Positions 35,826 through 44,123 of a DNA stretch of 64,000 nucleotides are shown piece by piece. How positions within the stretch are numbered: position 1 is the first letter of the stretch; each line of letters begins with the position of its first letter. A model generated the notes under the pieces. That model searched no databases. It worked only from the letters and a program-made list of their open reading frames with translations, and had not been told where the DNA came from. Both the position numbers and the translations under genes were made by a program. Source of the DNA: Candidatus Staskawiczbacteria bacterium (GTDB lineage Bacteria > Patescibacteriota > Minisyncoccia > Minisyncoccales > Staskawiczbacteraceae); contig JBAZUH010000001.1 of the NCBI GenBank assembly GCA_041661545.1, positions 608,148 to 672,147 of the forward strand, read 5' to 3'.

Positions 35826-37070
35826 ATGAAATTAAAAAAACAAGATTCACAGATTGCTAAATTAATTGATTTAGAAACAGAAAGGCAAAAAACTTCTTTA
35901 GAAATGATTCCTTCGGAGAACCATTGTTCGCCGGCCGTTCGCGAAGCGCTAGGTTCAATTTTAACTGATAAATATGCAGAAGGTTATCCGGGGAAAAGAT
36001 ATTATTCTGGTTTAAAATATTATGATATTTTAGAGAACTTATGTATTGATAGGGCAAAAAAGTTATTTAAAGTTCCACATGCCAATGTTCAGCCATATTC
36101 AGGGTCACCAGCTAATGCCGCAGTACATTTGGCAGTTTGTGAACCAGGAGACGTTACAATGGGCATGGCGCTTCCTATGGGGGGTCATTTAACACACGGT
36201 TGGAAAGTTAATTTTTCAGCTAAATTTTTTAAGCCCGTTCAATATGGAGTTGATGAAAAAACAGGATTACTTGATTATGTTGCAATGGAAAAGCTAGCTA
36301 AAGAAAACAAGCCAAAATTAATATGGGTTGGAGCAACTGCTTATTCTAGAACTTTTGATTGGAAAAGATTAGGAGAAATTGCCGACTCTGTAGGAGCTTA
36401 TTTAGTTGCAGATATTTCTCATATTTCAGGTTTGGTTGCTGGTGGCGCGCACTCAAGCCCTGTGCCTTATGTTCATATTGTTTCTACAACAACTCACAAG
36501 ACTTTGCGTGGGCCTCGAGGTGGAATGATTATGGCCACTCAAAAAGGTTTAGACAAAGATCCTGATTTGGCAAAAAAAATAGATAAGGCGATTTTCCCAG
36601 GATTTCAAGGTGGGCCCCACATGCATCAAATTTCTTCTATTGCAGTTGCCCTTAAAGAAGCTTCATCTTCCGCATTTAAAAAATATGCTAAACAAGTGGT
36701 CAAAAATGCTAAAGCATTGGCTAAAGCTTTAAAAAGTCGAGGATTTAAGTTGGTTTCTGATGGAACTGATAATCACTTAATTTTAATAGATTTAAGAAAT
36801 AAAAATATATCTGGCGGAGATGCTGCTGATAGATTAGAAGAAGCGGGGATTACAGTGAATAAAAATACTATTCCTTATGATTCAGCTCCGCCGTTTAAGC
36901 CTTCTGGCATTAGGATTGGTACTCCGGCTATAACCACAAGAGGCATGAAAGAAAAAGATATGGAAAAAGTTGCAGAATGGTATGACAGGGTAATTTCTGA
37001 CGCAAAGTCTGTTAAAAAAGTAAGAGAAGAAATTAAGAAATTTTGTAAAAAATTTCCTTTACCAAAATAG
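35826..37070 (+). CDS. glyA: Serine hydroxymethyltransferase
   Basis: LEMIPSENHCSPAVREALGS...TTTHKTLRGPRGG. Confidence 0.95.
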   Translation: MKLKKQDSQIAKLIDLETERQKTSLEMIPSENHCSPAVREALGSILTDKYAEGYPGKRYYSGLKYYDILENLCIDRAKKLFKVPHANVQPYSGSPANAAVHLAVCEPGDVTMGMALPMGGHLTHGWKVNFSAKFFKPVQYGVDEKTGLLDYVAMEKLAKENKPKLIWVGATAYSRTFDWKRLGEIADSVGAYLVADISHISGLVAGGAHSSPVPYVHIVSTTTHKTLRGPRGGMIMATQKGLDKDPDLAKKIDKAIFPGFQGGPHMHQISSIAVALKEASSSAFKKYAKQVVKNAKALAKALKSRGFKLVSDGTDNHLILIDLRNKNISGGDAADRLEEAGITVNKNTIPYDSAPPFKPSGIRIGTPAITTRGMKEKDMEKVAEWYDRVISDAKSVKKVREEIKKFCKKFPLPK

Positions 37071-37095
37071 TCGCTCGACAATAAACTTTTTTATG

Positions 37096-37220
37096 CTCGA
37101 TAATGATTCTCCGCTAGCGTTCGCCCGCCAGCGCGGGCTCACTCAGGCTTCGGCAATTTTCCCGCTTCGCGGGACCAAGCAAAATTGCCTGCAGGGTACG
37201 CTGCGAATTCATTATCTCGC
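37096..37220. repeat. About 125-nt GC-rich structured intergenic element A (MITE-like or ncRNA candidate)
   Basis: Imperfect terminal inverted repeats (ctcGATAATGAtTC ... GAaTTCATTATCtcg). Hairpin GCCCGC-cagc-GCGGGC at 37123..37138. A 9-bp helix GGCAATTTT/AAAATTGCC (37152..37160 with 37181..37189) encloses the hairpin TCCCGC-ttc-GCGGGA. Confidence 0.6.
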
Positions 37221-37237
37221 TAAAATCTTTATTATAT

Positions 37238-37741
37238 ATGCAAATGTCAGTATTTAAGAACATAAATGGTTTTGCTGGGAAATATGAAAAACTAGATAAG
37301 TTTGCAATTTTTTGTGCTGTGCATCTTCTACCCACTATGCTGGCATTTTTACTTTTAGTAGCTGCTGTTAAGCATAATTTTCAGATGTTTTTATATCCAA
37401 CCCTAACAGGATTATTTTCAGCATTTGTTGTAAGTAAAATAATTTATATTTTTTATAAAGAAAAAAGACCCGCTAGATTAAAAGATACAAAACTTTTAAT
37501 ACCAATTCCTAAAAATCCATCTTTTCCATCTCGCCACGCTTCGCTTGTTTTTGGTTTATCATTTTGTTTGTTTTTTTATAATGAATTTTTAGCAATTATT
37601 TTTTTGTTATGTTCTTGTCTGGTGGCAATGGCTAGAGTTTTTTGTGGAGTTCATTGGTTTCGCGATGTTTTAGCTGGAATGATAATTGGTTTTGGTTCTG
37701 CGATATTAATGTATGCTTTATTAAATTATATAAACTTGTGA
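37238..37741 (+). CDS. PAP2 family phosphatase (undecaprenyl-diphosphatase-like)
   Basis: KRPAR...PSRHAS...GVHWFRDVLAG PAP2 motifs, and a multi-TM topology. Confidence 0.8.
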   Translation: MQMSVFKNINGFAGKYEKLDKFAIFCAVHLLPTMLAFLLLVAAVKHNFQMFLYPTLTGLFSAFVVSKIIYIFYKEKRPARLKDTKLLIPIPKNPSFPSRHASLVFGLSFCLFFYNEFLAIIFLLCSCLVAMARVFCGVHWFRDVLAGMIIGFGSAILMYALLNYINL

Positions 37742-38364
37742 ATATAAAACCAAAAAATTCAGTAATTATAAATGTATGCGTAATTCCCTCTAATGAAGTG
37801 GGCAATCAATGCGTACAATTGAGTCAATCGCTTAAGTCTGATGGCGCGATGTTTGTGCTTGATGGCGAAAAAAAGTTTGCTCACATGACCGTTTACATGG
37901 CTCGGTTTTCTCAAGACCAAGCTCAAGGTGTGGTAGAAGCTGTTGGGCATATAGCTGGTGGAGTGGAAAGTTTCTTATGCAAACATGCAGGATACTTTAT
38001 GACTAAAGGCAGGTATTTTGAGGTATCATATGAAAAGTCACTTCAGTTTTTGGCGCTCCATGAAAAATTGATTGAGGCACTTAAACAATACAGGATTAAC
38101 CCGGGCAATCCTTTTGAGGAAGGGTATTTTACTCCTTATACCAGCGAACAAAGAAAAAATGCAGAGGAGACTGGCTACGATTTGGCGCATAGTCTATTTC
38201 GCCCCCATGTGACACTTACGCGCTATTATGAAGGCAGAGTACCAGAAATTGATCCCGAGATGCCTTCTGTTGATTTGTCATTTCCTTTGACACGCATATG
38301 TGTTTATGAAGCAGATGATAATGGTGCAGTTTTTAGGCTACTTGGAGAATTTAACATAAAATAG
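37738..38364 (+). CDS. 2H phosphoesterase superfamily protein (LigT / 2'-5' RNA ligase-like)
   Basis: Two HxT motifs (FAHMTVYMA and PHVTLTRY). The likely GTG start at 37738 overlaps the PAP2 stop (GTGA). The gene is more GC-rich than its neighbours. Confidence 0.6.
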   Translation: MNIKPKNSVIINVCVIPSNEVGNQCVQLSQSLKSDGAMFVLDGEKKFAHMTVYMARFSQDQAQGVVEAVGHIAGGVESFLCKHAGYFMTKGRYFEVSYEKSLQFLALHEKLIEALKQYRINPGNPFEEGYFTPYTSEQRKNAEETGYDLAHSLFRPHVTLTRYYEGRVPEIDPEMPSVDLSFPLTRICVYEADDNGAVFRLLGEFNIK

Positions 38365-38394
38365 AATTTAATAAGCACATGTCATGTAAAGAGT

Positions 38395-38982
38395 ATGAAA
38401 AAAATAAATAATAAATATTTTGTTTTAAGGCATGGAGAAAGCAAGGCAAATGTATTAGAAATAATATTGAGTCACTTGAAAGATGGCATGATGGAGGAGT
38501 TTACTTTATCAGAGAAAGGCGAGCAGCAAGTCAGGGATTCTGTTAAAAAGGAAAAAAATAATGGCGAACTTGATGAAAAGACCATCATTTATTCATCTCC
38601 ATTTTCAAGGACTAAAAAAACTGCAGAAATTGCTAGAGAAGTTTTGGGGGTAAAAGAAGAGATTACTTTTGATAATCGTTTGCGTGAGCGTTGGTTTGGG
38701 GAATTAGATAAAACTCATAATAGTAATTATCATAAAATTTGGAGTAAAGATGGAGATAATCCAAATCATAAAGATTTTGGCTCAGAGAGTGCAATGGAAG
38801 TTGGGGAGAGAATAGTTTCTTTATTTGAAGATTTAGAAGAAAAATATAAAAATCGTAATATTTTATTAGTTTCTCATGCAGACATATTGTTAATATTACA
38901 AGCCTACATCAATGGAAATTCACCGGCGACGCACAGGAGTCTAGAATATCTGCTTAATGCGGAAATTAGGAAACTAAACTAA
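38395..38982 (+). CDS. Histidine phosphatase family protein
   Basis: The RHG motif YFVLRHGESKAN, and SHADIL. Confidence 0.7.
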   Translation: MKKINNKYFVLRHGESKANVLEIILSHLKDGMMEEFTLSEKGEQQVRDSVKKEKNNGELDEKTIIYSSPFSRTKKTAEIAREVLGVKEEITFDNRLRERWFGELDKTHNSNYHKIWSKDGDNPNHKDFGSESAMEVGERIVSLFEDLEEKYKNRNILLVSHADILLILQAYINGNSPATHRSLEYLLNAEIRKLN

Positions 38983-38987
38983 AAATA

Positions 38988-39017
38988 TAAAAAACACGGC
39001 TAGGCCGTGTTTTTTTG
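38988..39017. terminator. Bidirectional intrinsic terminator
   Basis: AAAAAACACGGC-tag-GCCGTGTTTTTTT. Confidence 0.75.
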
Positions 39018-39023
39018 TTTGGG

Positions 39024-39106
39024 TGCCGGAGGAGGGACTTGAACCCTCAAGATCTTTCGATCGCGGGATTTTGAGTCCCGTGCGTTTGCCATTTCACCAC
39101 TCCGGC
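39024..39106 (-). tRNA. tRNA-Leu (anticodon CAA), class II with long variable arm
   Basis: A hand-folded cloverleaf. Acceptor GCCGGAG/CTCCGGC+A, anticodon stem CGGGA/TCCCG with loop CTCAAAA, variable arm GATC-gaaa-GATC, and T-arm GAGGG-TTCAAGT-CCCTC. CCA is not encoded. Confidence 0.9.
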
Positions 39107-39158
39107 TTGATTTGGTAAATTCTATCAGATTTTAGAGTAATTTTCAACCCCAAACTTA

Positions 39159-40892
39159 TTACTCCCAAGAGGCGTCAATTACTTTATCGGGAAATTTTTC
39201 ATATATTTTTTTAAGAATACTGCAGGAACGTCTATGCAAAACTGTAGCCCTATTTTTTGCAAGATAAGCTTTAACTTTATCTCCGGGTTGGGGATTGCAA
39301 CACTTAGCAACATGAATAAGCATTCCTTTTTGTCCAGCTATATGTATTTGCTTAGTGCCTCTTTCTTGGATTTTATTTTTTTCTTCTCTTCTCTTTTTTG
39401 AGGCTTCAGATATTTCGGCAATTTTTTCTCTTATGAAATTAGGTATAGGAAATTTAAAAACAGATGCATTTTGATCGGTTAGTTTTTTAATATGAGATTT
39501 AGCCATAGATGTTTTTACAAATCTCAGCCAATCTTTTGAAGGTTTTTTATTTTTGTTTACAGATATTTCAACAACATCGCCATTTTCTAAAATATGATTG
39601 AGTGGAACAATTTTACCTCCTATTTTTGCTGACTCGCAATGATTTCCAATATCCGAATGCACCGCATATGCAAAATCAATTGGAGTTGAGTATTTAGGCA
39701 GTACAACGATATCTCCTTTAGGAGTAAAGGAAAAAACTTTGTTTATAAAAAAATCTATTTTAAAACTTTTCCAAAAATCAGGAATATTTTTAGGCCATTC
39801 AAAATTAGCGCCCTCTTTGTTTAAATTAATTTTTTCTTTATAAGACCAGTGTGCACAAACTCCATATTCTGCTTCTTTTTGCATTTCAGCTGTTCTTATC
39901 TGAATTTCTGTTATTTTTCCATCTTTAGAAAAAACCGTAGTATGAAGCGACCTATATCCATTAGGTTTAGGTTTGGCTATATAATCATTTATTTCTTCAG
40001 AGATCGGTTTAAAATATTTATGTATTATGCCTAAAACCCTATAACAGCTTTCAATGTCAGGGGTTATTATTCTTAATGCTAGTAAATCATGTATTTTATC
40101 AAAATTCATATCGCGACGAACAAGTTTGTGGTAGGTGCTCCAATAAGATTTTGCTCTATAGTTTATATCTAAAACTTTAGCCCTTTCTTTTTTAAGTATT
40201 TTTTTAAATTGAGGTATAGTTTTTTTAAGATATTTTTCTCTTTCTTCGTATTGTTCTTTTATATTTTCTTTGAGCCACTTAAATCTGTCTGGAAATAAAT
40301 AAGAAAAAGCAATGTCTTCAAGATTTCTTCTTATTTCAGATAAACCTAGTCTTCTAGCTACTGGTGCAAAAATTTGTAAAGTTTCTAAAGCAAATAGTTT
40401 TTGTTGATTTTCAGGTAGATAATGTAAAAAGTTTAATTGATCTAATCTATAAACTAAATCAACTATAATTACTCTTAAATCTCTAGATAAGGCCAAAAAC
40501 ATTTTTCTTAAATTTTCAATTTTCTCTCTGGCAAAAGTTTTTTTCTCTCTCATACCTATAGATAAAGAATAGCGAATTTTATCTAAATCAGAAATTCTTT
40601 CTACCAGATTAGATATTTCTTTGCCTAGTTTTTTTTCTACTTCTTTTAGCTGGGATGTTTTAGAAGAAACAGGTATGTCTTCGAGCACGTCGTGAAGAAG
40701 TCCCAATGCAACAGTTATAGGATCAAGGTTCATTTTATCTAACATTGAGGCAACCCTTATAGAGCGAACAATATAATTTTCTCCAGAAAGTCTAAATTTG
40801 TCTTTATAAACCAAAGTAGCAAAATCAAAAGCCAATTCAATTAATTTTGGGTCTGAGCTTTTTTTTATTATTTTTTGTATATCTTGAGGCAT
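39159..40892 (-). CDS. Bifunctional (p)ppGpp synthetase/hydrolase (RelA/SpoT homolog)
   Basis: HD motif LLHDVLEDI, synthetase motif GYRSLHTTV, and TGS region FTPKGDIVVLPKYSTPIDFAYAVHSDIG. Confidence 0.88.
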   Translation of the reverse strand: MPQDIQKIIKKSSDPKLIELAFDFATLVYKDKFRLSGENYIVRSIRVASMLDKMNLDPITVALGLLHDVLEDIPVSSKTSQLKEVEKKLGKEISNLVERISDLDKIRYSLSIGMREKKTFAREKIENLRKMFLALSRDLRVIIVDLVYRLDQLNFLHYLPENQQKLFALETLQIFAPVARRLGLSEIRRNLEDIAFSYLFPDRFKWLKENIKEQYEEREKYLKKTIPQFKKILKKERAKVLDINYRAKSYWSTYHKLVRRDMNFDKIHDLLALRIITPDIESCYRVLGIIHKYFKPISEEINDYIAKPKPNGYRSLHTTVFSKDGKITEIQIRTAEMQKEAEYGVCAHWSYKEKINLNKEGANFEWPKNIPDFWKSFKIDFFINKVFSFTPKGDIVVLPKYSTPIDFAYAVHSDIGNHCESAKIGGKIVPLNHILENGDVVEISVNKNKKPSKDWLRFVKTSMAKSHIKKLTDQNASVFKFPIPNFIREKIAEISEASKKRREEKNKIQERGTKQIHIAGQKGMLIHVAKCCNPQPGDKVKAYLAKNRATVLHRRSCSILKKIYEKFPDKVIDASWE

Positions 40893-40902
40893 TTATTTTG
40901 CT

Positions 40903-42933
40903 CTATTTTTCTTTAGAATAATCGCATTCTTTGTTAGAACATTTAATAGTTTTTTTATTTTTTTCTACTAGAATAGAATCGCATTTGGGGCATAATTCGT
41001 CTATAGGTTTATCCCATAAAGCAAAGTCGCATTTGGGAAAACTACTACATCCGTAAAATATTTTCCCCTTTTTAGTTTTTCTTGATTTTAATTTTCCTTC
41101 TTTGCATTTAGGGCAAGCTACACTTGATGTATTATTATCTTCTTCAATAGATTCGGTATGCTTGCATTCTGGAAACTTTGAGCAAGCATAAAATCTACCA
41201 AATCTGCCTAGTCGCTCTATTAATGGGGCTCCACATTTTGGACAAATTTTATCAGTTTCTTTAATTAAATCTTTTTTCTCTACATTTTTATATTTTTCTG
41301 CTAAGTTTTTTGCAAAAGGAGTATAGAAATCTTTACAGGTTTTAACCCAAGTGTCTTTGCCTTCCGCAACTTCATCTAGTTCTTTTTCCATTTTAGCAGT
41401 AAAATCGATATCAACAATTTCTGGGAAGTTTTCAACCAAAATATCGTTAACCATTATTCCCATTTCGCTTGGGAAAAATCTTTTTTGTTCATTTTGACTG
41501 ACATAATTTCTTGTCTGTATTGTAGATATAATTGGAGCATAGGTAGATGGCCTGCCAATGCCATATTTCTCTAAAATTTTTACTAAACTAGCTTCAGTAT
41601 ATCTTGCTGGTGGTTCGGTAAAATGTTGAAGAGGCTTTAACTCTATTAAATCTAAATTATCATTCTTTTTTAATTCTGGCAAAAGAGTTTCTTCAAATTT
41701 TGTTGGATAAACTTTTAAAAATCCATCAAATTTTAAAGTTTGCCCATTTGCACGAAATGTATATTCACCAGCCTTTATGTCTGTGGAAATAGAGTCAAAT
41801 ATTGCAGGTGACATTTGGCAAGCAATAAATCTTTGCCAAATTAAAGTATAAAGTTTTAATTGCCTGGCATCAAGTCCTGTAAGTGATTCTGGAGTTTTAT
41901 TGGCATAAGCTGGCCTAATAGCTTCATGAGCTTCCTGAGCACCACTATTTTTTGTTTTATATTTTACTGTTTTCCCTGCCCAATACTCTTTTCCATATTT
42001 TTGAGTTATAAAATCTTTTGCAGAATTTAAAGAATCCTCAGAAAGATTTAGGGAATCTGTTCGGTGATAAGTTATATTTCCTTCTTCATAAAGCCTTTGA
42101 GCCAAAGACATAGTCATTTTTGCAGAAAATTTAAATCTTTGCCAGGCTGCCTGCTGTAAAGTGCTGGTGGTAAATGGGGGAGAGGGATTTTTATTTATTT
42201 CTTTTTTATCTACAGATTCTACAATATATTTTGCATTGTTTAAATCATTAAAAATTTCGTCTGCTTCGGCTTTTGTTTTTATCTCTAATTTATCTATTGC
42301 TTTGTCATTTTTTTTAGATAAACTAGCATTAAATTCTTTACCGTTTTTTTCTAGCAAAGCTTCTATGCTCCAATATTCTTGTGCAATAAATTTTTCAATT
42401 TCTCTTTCTCTATCAACAACTAATCTTACGGCTACAGACTGAACTCTTCCGGCTGACAATCCCTTGGCAATTTTTTTCCATAAAAATGGAGATATCTTAT
42501 AGCCAACAAGTCTGTCTAAAATTCTTCGGGCTTGTTGGGCTTCTGCTAAATTTATATCAATATGTCTGGGAGATAGAATAGCTTTTTCAATGGCTGTTTT
42601 AGTAATTTCGTGAAACACAATTCTCTGCGGATTTTTTAACTTTAAAGCCTCTTGTAAATGCCAGGCAATAGATTCTCCTTCGCGGTCTTCGTCGGTGGCT
42701 AGTATTGTTTGGTCTGCTTTTGCAGATTCTTTTTTAAGTTCAGCCACAACCTTTTTAGCTTTTGTTGGTATAACATATTTTGGTTTAAAATTATTTTCAA
42801 CATCTACTCCCAGCTCTCTTTTTGGCAAATCTCTTACATGACCAAAAGACGATTTTATAATAAAATCTTTTCCTAGAAATTTCTGTATTGTTTTTGCTTT
42901 TGTGGGGCTTTCTACAATTACCAAACTTTTCAT
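40903..42933 (-). CDS. topA: DNA topoisomerase I
   Basis: MKSLVIVESPTKAKTIQKFLG, TDEDREGE, ITYHRTDS, and C-terminal CxxC zinc ribbons. Confidence 0.95.
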   Translation of the reverse strand: MKSLVIVESPTKAKTIQKFLGKDFIIKSSFGHVRDLPKRELGVDVENNFKPKYVIPTKAKKVVAELKKESAKADQTILATDEDREGESIAWHLQEALKLKNPQRIVFHEITKTAIEKAILSPRHIDINLAEAQQARRILDRLVGYKISPFLWKKIAKGLSAGRVQSVAVRLVVDREREIEKFIAQEYWSIEALLEKNGKEFNASLSKKNDKAIDKLEIKTKAEADEIFNDLNNAKYIVESVDKKEINKNPSPPFTTSTLQQAAWQRFKFSAKMTMSLAQRLYEEGNITYHRTDSLNLSEDSLNSAKDFITQKYGKEYWAGKTVKYKTKNSGAQEAHEAIRPAYANKTPESLTGLDARQLKLYTLIWQRFIACQMSPAIFDSISTDIKAGEYTFRANGQTLKFDGFLKVYPTKFEETLLPELKKNDNLDLIELKPLQHFTEPPARYTEASLVKILEKYGIGRPSTYAPIISTIQTRNYVSQNEQKRFFPSEMGIMVNDILVENFPEIVDIDFTAKMEKELDEVAEGKDTWVKTCKDFYTPFAKNLAEKYKNVEKKDLIKETDKICPKCGAPLIERLGRFGRFYACSKFPECKHTESIEEDNNTSSVACPKCKEGKLKSRKTKKGKIFYGCSSFPKCDFALWDKPIDELCPKCDSILVEKNKKTIKCSNKECDYSKEK

Positions 42934-43077
42934 TTTTTTTATTAATTTAGTGAATAATTATTATTTTTTACATCTTTCATTACTATATAATAGCACGAGA
43001 AACCAAAATTATTGCAATTTTTGTATTTTATAGTAGAGTATAAGCTAGCAACTTGTCAACTCTTAGAAAATAAACAT

Positions 43078-44085
43078 ATGAAAGCACGCAGAATAGATCC
43101 GCATGTTCATTGCAGAGATCAAGGATGGGCGTATAAGTCTACCATAGCTGAAACACTGAAACTTGCTGAATTGCAAGGTATTTGTGCCATTTTTGATATG
43201 CCCAACAATAATCCGCCAACTCTTCGCATAGAAGATGTTCTGCAAAGGTTAGCGTTGGTGCCGGAAGATTCTCCGGTGCAATATTTTACTTATATCGGCC
43301 TTGCCGCGGATAACCCAGACCAATGGGCAGAAGCCGTAAGGTGTTGGAATAATATTCCCCAAGTAATTGGCATTAAAATGTTTGCCGGTCATTCAACGGC
43401 AAACATGGGTATTATTGAGCCCGAACAGCAGAGGGCAGTTTATCGGTTTTTAACAGAGGTTGATTATCGAGGCGTGTTGGCTGTGCATTGCGAAAAGGAA
43501 TCGTTGCTTAGACCAGCCCTTTGGGATCCGAAAAATCCTGTAAGTCATTCTTTGGCGCGACCGCCCGAAGCTGAGGCAGAATCAGTACGTGACCAAATTT
43601 TATTTGCTGAGGGGGCAGGATTTTGTGGAAAACTACATATTTGCCATGTTTCTACCGAGAAGGCTTTGAGAGTTATAGCCAGAGCAAAAGATAAGCGATC
43701 TCTGCCCATGCGCGTTACCTGCGAGGTTACTCCTCATCATCTTCTTTATTCAACAGACATGCTTGAACACCTTGGCCAACTGGGTCAACTAAGCCATTGG
43801 TTCAAGGTGAATCCTCCAATTCGCATAGAACAAGACCGATTAGCTTTATTGGGGGCTATTATATCTGATAACGTGGTGGATTGGATTGCTACAGACAATG
43901 CCCCACATACGATGCAAGAGAAACTTGGTCCGCCTTATACATCGGGCTTTCCTTCTCTCTATTTATATCAGGGATTGCTGGCGCACTTGCGAGAATTAGG
44001 GGTTTCCGAGGAGAAAATCGATGACCTGACATTTTATAGCATCATTAGAGCGTTCAATCCAAAGCTCAATCACTTGATTGCTTAA
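43078..44085 (+). CDS. Dihydroorotase-like amidohydrolase
   Basis: RIDPHVHCRDQG metal-binding motif, with later HCE and ATDNAPH. The ATG at 43078 is preferred. The gene is clearly more GC-rich than its neighbours. Confidence 0.65.
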   Translation: MKARRIDPHVHCRDQGWAYKSTIAETLKLAELQGICAIFDMPNNNPPTLRIEDVLQRLALVPEDSPVQYFTYIGLAADNPDQWAEAVRCWNNIPQVIGIKMFAGHSTANMGIIEPEQQRAVYRFLTEVDYRGVLAVHCEKESLLRPALWDPKNPVSHSLARPPEAEAESVRDQILFAEGAGFCGKLHICHVSTEKALRVIARAKDKRSLPMRVTCEVTPHHLLYSTDMLEHLGQLGQLSHWFKVNPPIRIEQDRLALLGAIISDNVVDWIATDNAPHTMQEKLGPPYTSGFPSLYLYQGLLAHLRELGVSEEKIDDLTFYSIIRAFNPKLNHLIA

Positions 44086-44123
44086 TTATCGCACCATAGC
44101 CTGGTTTATCTGGGCTTCTTTTT

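Noticed and set aside
37114-37335. A 73-aa minus-strand ORF covering intergenic element A.
   Set aside because: Its translation (…SEPALAGER) is generated by the GC-rich repeat itself. It also overlaps the start of the PAP2 gene, and I see no start-site context supporting it.
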